Shown here: positions 48,446 through 57,983 of the stretch, in pieces
Layout of the letters: every line of letters begins with the position of its first letter
Numbering within the stretch: position 1 is the stretch's first letter
Source of the DNA: Desulfobacteraceae bacterium
GTDB lineage: Bacteria; Desulfobacterota; Desulfobacteria; Desulfobacterales; SG8-13
Direction of reading: 5' to 3'
DNA length: 62,967 nucleotides
NCBI GenBank assembly: GCA_029287875.1
Contig: JARFQH010000087.1
Span: 1 to 62,967 of the forward strand
The notes under the pieces: model-generated
What the model was told of the DNA's origin: nothing
The model's input: only the letters and a program-made list of their open reading frames with translations
The model's database searches: none
Program-made: the position numbers and the translations under genes

Positions 48446-48700
48446 ATGAGAGCGCGCATCGTAAAAATCGGTAATTCCCAAGGAATACGCATCCCAAAGC
48501 CGCTCCTTGAACAGCTTGAAATTAAGGAGGATGTCGATATCGAAGTTGAAAACAACCAAATCATCATACGGCCGGTTTCAAAACCAAGATTTGGATGGGA
48601 AGAGCTATTCAGAGAAATGGCCAAAAATGACGATGATGCTCTCATCGATGGCGAGTCATCCATTAATAATACCTGGGATGAAACAGAATGGCAGTGGTAG
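48446..48700 (+). CDS. mazE: AbrB/MazE/SpoVT-family antitoxin
   Basis: 84 aa. MRARIVKIGNSQGIRIPKPLLEQLEI is the swapped-hairpin SpoVT/AbrB motif. It has an acidic C-terminus and overlaps the toxin start by 13 nt. Confidence 0.85.
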   Translation: MRARIVKIGNSQGIRIPKPLLEQLEIKEDVDIEVENNQIIIRPVSKPRFGWEELFREMAKNDDDALIDGESSINNTWDETEWQW

Positions 48701-49017
48701 CCCAACGTTTTGACGTCTTTCTGGTTAATTTAGATCCTACGATGGGCTCGGAAATTAAGAAAACGAGACCTTGCCTGATCATATCACCTGATGAAATGAA
48801 CCGGCATATCCGGACTGTTATTGTTGCTCCGATGACAACTGCAGGAAAAAACTATCCCACTCGGATTTCTTGCACATTTCAAAATAAAAAGGGGCAGATC
48901 GTATTGGATCAAATCCGCACGATTGACAAGGCGCGATTCATCAAAAAGCTCGGTTCAATCGATGCTCAAGTTCAGGTTGAAGTGATTTCCACGCTTCAGA
49001 GGTTGTTTGCTTTTTAA
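48688..49017 (+). CDS. mazF: PemK/MazF-family endoribonuclease toxin
   Basis: 109 aa. FDVFLVNLDPTMGSEIKKTRPCLIISPDEMN and VIVAPMTT are typical MazF/PemK motifs. Confidence 0.88.
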   Translation: MAVVAQRFDVFLVNLDPTMGSEIKKTRPCLIISPDEMNRHIRTVIVAPMTTAGKNYPTRISCTFQNKKGQIVLDQIRTIDKARFIKKLGSIDAQVQVEVISTLQRLFAF

Positions 49018-49141
49018 TCGCATCATCGGCACCCTTCTTTGTTTTCCGATTGAATTGCAGCAAAAGGGCCGCTCATTGACGCATCTTGACAAGTAGTCGT
49101 CGGTCGGCACTTCCTTCATACAGGTCCATCGGATCAGTGCA

Positions 49142-50341
49142 TTACTCGAGCCGGTAGCCCGCAGCCAGCAGGGCGGTTTCGATCTCCTTGAGGTGTGTCG
49201 GTCCCCGGGTTTCGAGTTCCAGTTCGACATGGGTCACGTAAAGGGGAATGCCCCTGACATTGCGGTCGTGATAGATGTGCAGCACGTTGGCTTTCAGATC
49301 TGCGACCAGCACCAGGAGCCGGGCCAAAGCGCCCGGAACGTCCGCCATCCGGACCCGGATGCGCATTACCCGGCCGCTCTTGATGAGGCCCTGGCTGATG
49401 ATCCGGCCCAGGAGCGGGCTGTCGACATTGCCGCCGCTAATCACCAGAACGGTCTTTCCTCCTTGGGGAACCCCCACGGCACCGTTCATTACCGCCGCCA
49501 GGGGTGCCGCTCCAGCACCTTCGGCCAGAATCTTTTCCCGTTCCAGCAACAGCAGTATGGCGGCCGCGATTTGTTCCTCTTCGACCAGTACCACCTCGTC
49601 GACGCATTCCTGGATGATGTCGAATGTCAGTTGGCCCACTTTTCTGACGCTGATGCCGTCGGCGATGGACGATCTTCCGTCGACTTGGGTGATGCGGCCT
49701 TTCATGATCGCATCATAGGTCGAAGGACAGCCCGCTGTCTGGACCCCGATGACTTGCGTATCGGGGGCCATTGCCCTGGCTACCGCAGCGATGCCGGATA
49801 TCAGGCCGCCGCCGCCCACCGGTACCACGACGACGTCAGGATTCGGCATATCGTCGAAAATTTCGAGACCCACGGTTCCCTGCCCGGTAATGACGTCCGC
49901 GTCATCAAAGGGGTGGATAAAAAGACGGCCTTCAAGAGAAAGACGCTGCGCTTCGTCAAGGCACTCGCCGATACTCTGTCCGGAGATGACCACTTGTCCT
50001 CCGTACATGAGGGTGGCCTCTTCCTTCGAGATGGACACCCACTCGGGCATGACGATGGTTGCCGGTATTCCGAGTTGCCTGGCCGCCAGGGCCACTCCCT
50101 GGGCATGATTGCCGGCAGAAGCCGCCACAACCCCCCCGGGACCGATCTTATCCATGCATTTGAGCAGTTTGAACGTGGCTCCGCGAATTTTGAACGATCC
50201 GGTCTTCTGCAAGTTCTCGAGTTTGAGGTAAATCTCCCCGCCGAACATGCGGCTGAGGGCCGGCGAATTGACCAGGGGAGTCTTGAGGATTTTGTCTTCG
50301 ATCAGGGCCGCTGCCTGCCGGAACTGCTCGATGGGCATCAT
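49142..50341 (-). CDS. ilvA: Threonine ammonia-lyase (threonine dehydratase), PLP-dependent with one C-terminal ACT-like domain
   Basis: 399 aa. PLP-lysine motif (TGSFKIRGA), glycine loop (VPVGGGGLISG), and a regulatory C-terminal ~80 aa. Confidence 0.85.
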   Translation of the reverse strand: MMPIEQFRQAAALIEDKILKTPLVNSPALSRMFGGEIYLKLENLQKTGSFKIRGATFKLLKCMDKIGPGGVVAASAGNHAQGVALAARQLGIPATIVMPEWVSISKEEATLMYGGQVVISGQSIGECLDEAQRLSLEGRLFIHPFDDADVITGQGTVGLEIFDDMPNPDVVVVPVGGGGLISGIAAVARAMAPDTQVIGVQTAGCPSTYDAIMKGRITQVDGRSSIADGISVRKVGQLTFDIIQECVDEVVLVEEEQIAAAILLLLEREKILAEGAGAAPLAAVMNGAVGVPQGGKTVLVISGGNVDSPLLGRIISQGLIKSGRVMRIRVRMADVPGALARLLVLVADLKANVLHIYHDRNVRGIPLYVTHVELELETRGPTHLKEIETALLAAGYRLE

Positions 50342-50596
50342 GCTCCATTCCTTTTTTAGGGGGGGACGCTGCTGTGATTTTACCTCGAAAAAGAGGCGAC
50401 TCTGAAACGATTGACGTGAAACTGCCCGAAACGGCGTCCGATTTACGAGACCCCGGTGTGACTGAGAGAAGGTCCCGCGAAATCGTGGGCTTGATCATCC
50501 GGAACGAATGGTCTAATAATGAAAAATTGATGCCGCTACCAGCGGTATCTTGTCGGCCCCCCTTTTTTACAACAACCGAAACCACGGAGGCATGTT

Positions 50597-51691
50597 ATGG
50601 CATTTGTTCTTCCTTCCTACAAGTCGCCGGATCTGGAGCCTTTCAAGAGGTCACCCACCGTGGTTTTCAAACCGGTGGCGACTACCGGCGTGGCACCTGA
50701 TGATTATCATGCCACCTCGGTTTATCCGGAATACTTCCACCTTCAGCCTGCGGAGTGGCGCCTTCTGGAAGAGTCGCGCATGGACTGCGTCGTGGTTCGC
50801 ATGGAAGACGACCGGCTGCAGGTGACGGAATTCAGGAACCTCAAACCCGGGGACCAGGTTGCCTGCGGCCGACGGGAAAACGGTGAAGACGGTATTTACG
50901 TCCACACCGAAGCCTTCGAGTTTCCACCACACGTCAAGGAGAAGTTCGCTTTCCGCTCGCACTTGACCCGTGAGACCTCTTTTTCTATCGATTACGACGA
51001 ACTCTACGATCTTCTCGGACACGAGCGCGAGCACGGGTTCATCCTGTGGGTTCTGGGCCCCGCCGTCGTCTTCGATCACGATTCGCGCCAGGCATTCGGC
51101 AAGCTGATCGATAACGGATTCGTGCACGGGTTAATGGCCGGAAACGCTCTGGCCACTCACGACCTGGAAGGGACCCTGTTCGGAACGGCCCTGGGGCAGG
51201 AACTCTACGCGAAGCGGACATTGGCTCTGGGGCATTACCGGCACCTGGACGCGCTCAACAAAATCCGCGGTATCGGTTCGATCGAAACCGCCGTTGCAAA
51301 AGGCGCCATCAAAGACGGGGTCATGCACGCCGTGATCCGGAAAAAGATTCCGTACGTGCTGGCAGGCTCCATTCGCGACGACGGCCCCATGCCCGAGGTG
51401 ATCGCCGATGTCTACCGGGCCCAAGACCGGATGCGGAATTTGACCCGCAAGGCCACTACCATTGTCTGCCTGGCGACCCAACTGCACTCCATTGCCACCG
51501 GCAACATGACGCCTTCCTACACGGTGGCGGGCGGCGTGGTCCGGCCGGTCTACTTTTATACGGTGGACATGTCCGAGTTTGCGGTCAGCAAGCTGGCCGA
51601 CCGGGGTTCGCTGACGGCCCGTTCGATTCTGACCAACGTCCAAGATTTCGTGGTGACCGTCGAACGGGGCCTCAGCAAGCGCTGCGCCTGA
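50597..51691 (+). CDS. LOR/SDH-like (TIGR00300-type) protein, possible ornithine cyclodeaminase/ornithine-ammonia cyclase relative
   Basis: 364-aa ORF. The central region (GFILWVLGPAVVFDHDSRQAFGKLIDNGFVHGLMAGNALATHDLEGTLFGTALG) resembles my recollection of the TIGR00300 family, which also forms the C-terminal half of cyanobacterial ArgZ/AgrE. The family assignment is unverified. Confidence 0.45.
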   Translation: MAFVLPSYKSPDLEPFKRSPTVVFKPVATTGVAPDDYHATSVYPEYFHLQPAEWRLLEESRMDCVVVRMEDDRLQVTEFRNLKPGDQVACGRRENGEDGIYVHTEAFEFPPHVKEKFAFRSHLTRETSFSIDYDELYDLLGHEREHGFILWVLGPAVVFDHDSRQAFGKLIDNGFVHGLMAGNALATHDLEGTLFGTALGQELYAKRTLALGHYRHLDALNKIRGIGSIETAVAKGAIKDGVMHAVIRKKIPYVLAGSIRDDGPMPEVIADVYRAQDRMRNLTRKATTIVCLATQLHSIATGNMTPSYTVAGGVVRPVYFYTVDMSEFAVSKLADRGSLTARSILTNVQDFVVTVERGLSKRCA

Positions 51692-51697
51692 AGCCTG

Positions 51698-52633
51698 TTA
51701 CTTAACGATCTGCGTTCCCGCCTTGCCCCGCATGGCCGCTTCAATGTCTACGATGGAGCAGATCACAGCCCGTTTGCTCCGGTTCTCGACGAACTGCATG
51801 GCAGCCTCGATCTTGGGCCCCATCGAACCGGCCGGAAATTGCCCTTGCCGAAGATACTCTCGGGCTTCTGCCGTCGTCATTACCGGCAAGAGTTCCTGGC
51901 CGGGCTGCCCGTAGTTGAGCATCGCTCCGTTTTCGTCGGTAGCGATAATAAAGACGTCCACCCTCGCCTCCTCGGCGAGCCTGACGCTGGCCAGGTCCTT
52001 GTCGATGACTGCATCCACACCGCAGAAAGTGCGCCCTTCGCGTATCACCGGAATGCCGCCGCCGCCGCAGCAGATGACGATGAAGTCAAGCTCGATCAGC
52101 CGGACGATTTCCCGCTTCTCGACGATGGTCACGGGGCGGGGGGATGTCACCACCCGTCGCCAGCCTTTGGCCGTTAACCGCGTCTGATAAGGTGCTCGGT
52201 TTGCACGGGTCCGGGTCAGAATCGGGCCGATGGGCTTGCTGGGGTCACGGAAGGCGGGATCGTTTTCGTCCACGACCACATAGCTGATGAGGCTCACAAT
52301 TGGTTTGGCGTGAATTCCAAGTTCCATCAGCTGGCTGTCCAGTGTGGACTCGATCATGTAACCGATCTGCCCCTGAGTCTGGGCCACCAGGATCTCCAGC
52401 GGCAGCTGCGGCACCTTCTTGCAGCTTTCCTGCTGGAGTAACAGGTTACCCACCTGGGGACCGTTGCCGTGGGTGATGATAATCCGGTGTTCGTGCGAGA
52501 GCCGGGCGATCTGCCGGATCGGCACCTTGAGGTTCTCGAACTGTTCCTCGATGGTGCCTTTCTGCCCCTTGCGGATCAGGGCGTTGCCGCCCAGCGCCAC
52601 CAATAAAATCGGTTTTGGATTGGGTGTCTTCAT
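51698..52633 (-). CDS. arcC: Carbamate kinase
   Basis: 311 aa. ILLVALGGNAL and ITHGNGPQVG are canonical amino-acid-kinase/carbamate-kinase motifs. Confidence 0.9.
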   Translation of the reverse strand: MKTPNPKPILLVALGGNALIRKGQKGTIEEQFENLKVPIRQIARLSHEHRIIITHGNGPQVGNLLLQQESCKKVPQLPLEILVAQTQGQIGYMIESTLDSQLMELGIHAKPIVSLISYVVVDENDPAFRDPSKPIGPILTRTRANRAPYQTRLTAKGWRRVVTSPRPVTIVEKREIVRLIELDFIVICCGGGGIPVIREGRTFCGVDAVIDKDLASVRLAEEARVDVFIIATDENGAMLNYGQPGQELLPVMTTAEAREYLRQGQFPAGSMGPKIEAAMQFVENRSKRAVICSIVDIEAAMRGKAGTQIVK

Positions 52634-52646
52634 GGCGGCCTTGCGG

Positions 52647-53972
52647 CTACTGCATGGGTCTCTGCAGTTTCTCCATCAGGACTTCTTCAAGTGTTGGCGA
52701 GCCGTGGTCATGATATTCGTAGCGCACTCGCAGGTTCGGTTTTTCGATGTTGAGGATGCGGGGCAGATGGATCGGCGTGGCAAACAGCACCAAGTCGCAG
52801 TCGGCATTGGCGATGGTTTGCTCCAGGTCTCGGATCTGAGCGGGGCCGTATCCCATGGCCGGCAACACCTTGCCCATGTGGGGATACTTGGTATATGTGG
52901 CGATGATGGAACCCACTGCATACGGGCGGGGATCGATGATTTCGGCTGCACGGTGCTGCCCGGCAGCGATCAGGCCGGCACCAAAGGGCATCTCGCCGTG
53001 GGTTAACGTGGGGCCGTCCTCCACCACCAGCACCCTTTTCCCGCTGATTCGTTCCGGCTGGCTTACCAGGACCGACGACTCGGCCAACACGGTCTTCGCT
53101 TTGGAGGCATAGCGGTCAATGTTACCGCGGACCTGCTCCACCTTCTCGGGGGGTGCGGTGTCCACCTGGTTGATCACGGCAATGTCGGCCATCAGCATGT
53201 TGGTTTCCCCCGGGTAATACAGCCGTTCGTGACCGGCGCGGTGGGGGTCGAAGAGCACGATGTGCACATCCGGGAAATAGAACGGTGTGTCGTTATTGCC
53301 GCCGTCCCAGACGATGACGTCGGCTTCGGTTTCCGCTGCTTTGAGGATTTTGCCGTAGTCGATTCCGGCATATACCACAATGTCCTGGTCTACCAGTGGC
53401 TCGTACTCTTCCCGCTCTTCGATGGTGCAGTGGTGGGTATCGAAGTCCGCGTAACTGGAAAACCGCTGAACCTCCTGTAGCCGAAGGTCACCGTAGGGCA
53501 TGGGGTGTCGAACCGCTACGACCCGGCGTCCGCGGGCTTTCATGATTTCGCAGACCTTGCGCGTGGTCTGCGACTTGCCGCAGCCGGTGCGCACGGCGCA
53601 GACGGCGACCACCGGCTTGGAAGCCCGCAGCATGGTGTAGGTGGCGCCGATCAGAGTGAAATCCGCACCACCGGCCATGACGACGGAGGCCTTGTGCATG
53701 ACCTCCGTATGAGGCACGTCACTGTAGGAGAAGGCGACCAGGTCGGCCCTATGCTGTTGGATAAGTTCGCGCAACTGCTCCTCGGGAAAAATGGGGATGC
53801 CGGTCGGGTACATCTTTCCGGCTAGTTCGGGTGGGTAGCGGCGGTCTTCGATATCGGGGATCTGGGTGGCCGTGAAAGCGATGACCGCATAGCGGGGATT
53901 GTCCTTGAAATAGACGTTGAAATTGTGAAAATCCCGTCCGGCGGCCCCCATGATAATGACTTTTTCTATCAT
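52647..53972 (-). CDS. COG2403-type protein (predicted GTPase / cyclic 2,3-diphosphoglycerate synthetase-like family)
   Basis: 441 aa. KVIIMGAAGRDFHNFNVYFKDNPRYAVIAFTATQIP and a P-loop-like CAVRTGCGKSQTT. It lies upstream of and co-directional with the carbamate kinase, separated by a 13-nt gap. Confidence 0.6.
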   Translation of the reverse strand: MIEKVIIMGAAGRDFHNFNVYFKDNPRYAVIAFTATQIPDIEDRRYPPELAGKMYPTGIPIFPEEQLRELIQQHRADLVAFSYSDVPHTEVMHKASVVMAGGADFTLIGATYTMLRASKPVVAVCAVRTGCGKSQTTRKVCEIMKARGRRVVAVRHPMPYGDLRLQEVQRFSSYADFDTHHCTIEEREEYEPLVDQDIVVYAGIDYGKILKAAETEADVIVWDGGNNDTPFYFPDVHIVLFDPHRAGHERLYYPGETNMLMADIAVINQVDTAPPEKVEQVRGNIDRYASKAKTVLAESSVLVSQPERISGKRVLVVEDGPTLTHGEMPFGAGLIAAGQHRAAEIIDPRPYAVGSIIATYTKYPHMGKVLPAMGYGPAQIRDLEQTIANADCDLVLFATPIHLPRILNIEKPNLRVRYEYHDHGSPTLEEVLMEKLQRPMQ

Positions 53973-54137
53973 TTGATATCTCCATTACGCGATGAACGGC
54001 ATCGAAAGATACGATCGTCGACCGCCAATCGACACCGGGGCGACGAGCGGTGCGATCGTTTGGAACCCCCCTCGCCGAATCATGGGGCATGCAGGTCTTT
54101 CTGAACTCTGCTGATCTCTGCCCGGATCGTTACGGTT

Positions 54138-54905
54138 TCATCCTTCTGAATGAACAAGCGGCGGGTTTTCTTCTTTTCGTGCCTGGTTCGAATAGTACTG
54201 GTGATATTCGAGAACTTTTTTGATGTAGATCTGGGTCGTACTGAAGGGCGGTATGCCATTATACTCCTGAACGCGCTGAATGCCGGCATTGTAGGCAGCC
54301 AGTGCCAGGCTGACATCTTGTTTGAAGAATTTCATGAGCTTTTTGAAATACCTGACGCCGGCGTTGATGTTTTGAACCGGATCGAAAATATCGTCGACGC
54401 CCATCGATTCGGCCGTGAGGGGCATCAGCTGCATCAGGCCGCTTGCACCCATCGGTGAGATGGCATGCGGGTCGTATCCGGATTCGGCGCGGATGATGGC
54501 CTTGATCATGGCCGTATCGACATTGTAACGGGCCGATGCCGCCGCGATAATGGTTTGAAAAGTTTGTTCGTGCTTGAACTTGGGAAGGTCCATCGGCGGC
54601 TTTTCAGGCGGCGGCCGCAATGTTGGACTCATTGCCTTGTCTGCCGATTGAAACGGTTGAAGAGAAAACCGCTGATTGATCTGCTGAATTTTCATCAGAA
54701 CCCGAAAGGGGTCGAATGAATTGAGTTCCTGCGGGAACAACGATGGTATGGGGGGATAGCGGAAGGAAGCGGCAACTCCCGGTAAAACGTTACGGTTCAT
54801 GACATCCATGGGCGGGAAGAACGCCACATAAAGGAGTGCCGCACCACAGATGAACCACATGGCCAGCATGTTGAGCGACCAGTTTTTACAGAACTCGGGT
54901 TTCAT
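54138..54905 (-). CDS. Lytic transglycosylase (SLT domain) with N-terminal membrane anchor
   Basis: 255 aa. SLT catalytic motif (IIRAESGYDPHAISPMGASGLMQLMP, AYNAG). Confidence 0.88.
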   Translation of the reverse strand: MKPEFCKNWSLNMLAMWFICGAALLYVAFFPPMDVMNRNVLPGVAASFRYPPIPSLFPQELNSFDPFRVLMKIQQINQRFSLQPFQSADKAMSPTLRPPPEKPPMDLPKFKHEQTFQTIIAAASARYNVDTAMIKAIIRAESGYDPHAISPMGASGLMQLMPLTAESMGVDDIFDPVQNINAGVRYFKKLMKFFKQDVSLALAAYNAGIQRVQEYNGIPPFSTTQIYIKKVLEYHQYYSNQARKEENPPLVHSEG

Positions 54906-55215
54906 ATTTTTTATTGGTCTGCAAAAATTCGATGCACATTATACTCTCTGATAACCGTATTCGGCCCGATGGTCAACACCCAAAATCGATCTATCGTACA
55001 AAAACAGGACCTGGAGGCTTCGACCGAAATGATCATGTGGCCGCATTCCAATATATCGATATTAAAGCATAAAATGCAATAAACATGCAAAGACGACCAA
55101 TTTATGATTCGATGTAATATCAACCATTTAAGAAAATTGCCATTTTTCGTTTGCCCTGAATTAAGAAAACGGTGTTATATTGATCGGTACAGAAATCCAT
55201 GAACAGGACCACGAC

Positions 55216-55974
55216 ATGCCCCTGCTGCGACGCCACAGGAAAATTATTTTTATCTCCACTGCCGTTCTTTTGATTCTCTTGACAGCCGGTGCCTACCTGC
55301 TCCCGAAACTCACTCTGATCATTCCGATCAAGGTCGATTATTCGCGCGTTGGCGCTCCCAGGGTTTACCTTCTGCCGGTCGACCGGCTTATTGAGGTCTC
55401 TGAGAATAAACGGGTCGGCGGCGTTCGCCACGCCGGTGCTTGGTTCTCATTTGCGACACCGTTCGACCTTGAGAAAAACTATGATTCCGAACACGCTCAA
55501 GCCTTTTTGTTTGGCAATCGAAAGTCATTTGTCGTCTCCCCGCAGCTGGAAACGGAAAGGATCGTAAAGAAGCTGTTGGCAGGGGGAACCGCTGAAACCC
55601 GCAAGATGAAACGCCTGCTGGGAGAGGAAAACATCGCATCCGAGTATGCCGCCTTGGACCTGTGTCTGACAACAACACCGGAGCCCGTCGGGCTGTCTTC
55701 CTCAATAAGGGAACTGTCGCGAACCAGTCTTATGCTGATTCTCAAAAAAGCGTTCAGTGGGCTCGGCGATGTGATCTACCGGTTCAGTCTCGGAGAGTCG
55801 AAAGGGTTTCAGTTCGGCAATCCGGCCACGGCATCAGACGTCTATGTTTATTTATTCAGCCCTTCCGACCGTATGTTCCGCATGAAATTTACGTCGATGA
55901 CACAGGGGGTGATCGATTTTTTCCTCACCTCGATTGAATTTTCGGCACCGCCGAACCGCACCCAGACCGGTTGA
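55216..55974 (+). CDS. Hypothetical membrane-anchored protein
   Basis: Track ORF 55180..55974. The ATG at 55216 (MPLLRRHRKIIFISTAVLLILLTAGAYLL) gives an N-terminal TM anchor. No family was recognised. Confidence 0.55.
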   Translation: MPLLRRHRKIIFISTAVLLILLTAGAYLLPKLTLIIPIKVDYSRVGAPRVYLLPVDRLIEVSENKRVGGVRHAGAWFSFATPFDLEKNYDSEHAQAFLFGNRKSFVVSPQLETERIVKKLLAGGTAETRKMKRLLGEENIASEYAALDLCLTTTPEPVGLSSSIRELSRTSLMLILKKAFSGLGDVIYRFSLGESKGFQFGNPATASDVYVYLFSPSDRMFRMKFTSMTQGVIDFFLTSIEFSAPPNRTQTG

Positions 55975-56025
55975 CCAAGTGCTGCCACGCGCCGGGAAAG
56001 CTAATAGCGCATCACAGGAGTGTAT

Positions 56026-56211
56026 ATGCAATATTTATTTCGTCAAAGATTGAAGAACAAGAGACCCTGCATCGGCACGATTGTCGGCGTCCCTTCGCCT
56101 GAAACCGCAGAGGTTCTGTCACTTGTTGGCTTTGATTGGATGGATGTCAAATCGGTCGACCCTATAGGCAGTTTACTTTTTAACGTACGGGAGATGAGAT
56201 GGAACTTTTAA
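56026..56211 (+). pseudogene. N-terminal fragment of an HpcH/HpaI-family aldolase gene
   Basis: MQYLFRQRLKNKRPCIGTIVGVPSPETAEVLSLVGFDWM matches the N-terminus of HpcH/HpaI aldolases (…L..g.p.iG.w...psp...E.l...GfDw). The similarity ends there and the ORF stops after 61 codons, overlapping the SDR start. Confidence 0.4.
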
Positions 56212-56933
56212 ACGGCAAGGTTGCCGTAGTTACCGGTGCCAGCAAGGGCATAGGGCGGGCGACGGCACTCCGGCTGGCACGCGAAGGTGTCGCCCTGGTT
56301 GCCGGTGCCACCGGTTTGGAACGATTGGAGACAATGAGGGAGGAAGCCGAAAGCCTGGGAGCAGCAATCCTCGTGCAGGCATGCGTCGTCACCCGCCTGT
56401 CGGATTGCGAAGAGTTGGTCAAATCTGCCGTGAAACAGTTCGGGGGAGTCGATATTTTGATCAACAATGCCGGCATCGGGTACTCGGGACGTGTGGTTGA
56501 CTCTAATCCACGGGAGGCGGACCGAATGGTGAGGGTCAATGTTCTGGGCGTCTATTACATGGCCCGTTCGGTTCTACCAGTCATGATAGACCGGAAAAAA
56601 GGCGACATCGTGAACATCGCCTCAGTCGCCGGTTTGAAATATTCACCCAATTTTGCCCTTTACTCGGCTACCAAATTTGCCGTGCGGGCCTTTTCGGAAG
56701 GGTTGCGCAATGAGGTGCAGGCACACAATATACGCGTGGCCACCGTGAACCCCGGCATGGTCGCTACCCATTTTTTCGATGCGTTCTCCGCAGAAGGTGT
56801 TGTCCTGCCGACAGATAAGGGCGATCTGCTAAAACCGGAGGACATCGCCGACGCCATTCACTTCGCCCTGACGCGGCCGCGCTCCGTGGCTCTAAATGAG
56901 GTAACGATACGGCCTTACTGGCAGGAGCGATGA
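56199..56933 (+). CDS. Short-chain dehydrogenase/reductase (SDR)
   Basis: 244 aa. Cofactor motif VTGASKGIGRA, plus NNAG and the catalytic YSATK. Confidence 0.92.
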   Translation: MELLNGKVAVVTGASKGIGRATALRLAREGVALVAGATGLERLETMREEAESLGAAILVQACVVTRLSDCEELVKSAVKQFGGVDILINNAGIGYSGRVVDSNPREADRMVRVNVLGVYYMARSVLPVMIDRKKGDIVNIASVAGLKYSPNFALYSATKFAVRAFSEGLRNEVQAHNIRVATVNPGMVATHFFDAFSAEGVVLPTDKGDLLKPEDIADAIHFALTRPRSVALNEVTIRPYWQER

Positions 56934-57004
56934 TGAGATAGCGACGGTTGAGAAGATGGCGGCTGCCGGTTTTAGAACCAAGGTATATGAAAGATATTTT
57001 TACA

Positions 57005-57511
57005 TCAAATTACATTTCCGAGCAAACACCTGAGATAAGATTCCTTGAGGGGGCCATCGGGGATTTCCTGCAAGCGCCGGTGGCAATTAGGACACAAAAA
57101 AAGGGGGCCGTCCATTTTGCGGATGTCACAACTGATGATCTCTGCCTCGCAGGCGTCACAGCGGCAAAAAATTTTCTGAATCTCGGAGCTTTCCATAGAG
57201 CGGCACCAGCCGTCGAGTTGAACACCGATACCAAAAGCAGGTTGCGGGGTCGTCGGCAGGGGAATGCACCTCTTGACCGTTGCATTGCAGAGCTTGAAAT
57301 CCGGCGGGCAGGTCAACGCCTCCGAATTCTTCTCGATAAGGACTCGGCAGGCATTGCCGTCCTTTATCGCGTTGCCGCCGACGAAATACAAACCGTCGAT
57401 GCTGCTGTTGTGTATGGTGGCAGGGTAAAACTGCTCCTTGCGGCCGATACAGTACATCACCGGCATTTCACAGGTGGTGCGAGGCCATCTTCTCCGGTCG
57501 GTCGGGTTCAT
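57005..57511 (-). CDS. PilZ domain protein with C-terminal zinc-ribbon-like cysteines
   Basis: 168 aa. c-di-GMP-binding motifs RRRWPR (RRxxxR) and NSSIDG (D/NxSxxG). The C-terminus carries CRCDAC...CPNC. Confidence 0.7.
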   Translation of the reverse strand: MNPTDRRRWPRTTCEMPVMYCIGRKEQFYPATIHNSSIDGLYFVGGNAIKDGNACRVLIEKNSEALTCPPDFKLCNATVKRCIPLPTTPQPAFGIGVQLDGWCRSMESSEIQKIFCRCDACEAEIISCDIRKMDGPLFLCPNCHRRLQEIPDGPLKESYLRCLLGNVI

Positions 57512-57983
57512 CTTCTCATACCCTTATTGTGAAGGCTGTCATGCTGACGTCTGGCCTTTGCCGGGATTGGCGACTGATGGCCCGCGAGCGCCGTGTCTCC
57601 TGCTGGTTTCAGTCGTCACCCAAATGCTTTCCATGTTGTTGAATTGCGAATCAATTGTTAAGTTCCTTAAAATTATAATTAAAATTAGCTATAGTCAATA
57701 CTTTTTCATCCTGCTGAGGTCACGCTTTTCTGTCAGCAGTTGCAGACCACGGCCATTAACGTCCTTTTTACACTGTGTTACATATGAATTACTTTAACAA
57801 GCCTGTCTATAGGGGAAGAGCTTCAATTTATTTGGGGGAATACCATAATATGGGGATTTTTTCCCGGACGTGCAGGCGGCAGTGCCGTCATGCAGGAGGA
57901 TAAAAAGAAAAATCCGAGCTACGCGCGTGCTTAGGTCGTGTGCGACATACCTTTCAGAATCTGACCACGCTTTTTGTCGTTGT

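Noticed and set aside
55199-55273. 24-codon ORF MNRTTTCPCCDATGKLFLSPLPFF upstream of or overlapping the 55216 gene, as a possible Cys-rich leader peptide
   Set aside because: It is very short, has no RBS and overlaps the better-supported membrane-protein start. The evidence is insufficient to call it.
57705-57736. Inverted repeat CTGCTGA…TCAGCAG between the PilZ and amidinotransferase genes as a terminator
   Set aside because: The loop is 15-nt and no adjacent U-tract lies on the relevant (minus) strand. It sits ~250 bp from the upstream gene end, so the assignment is not supportable.
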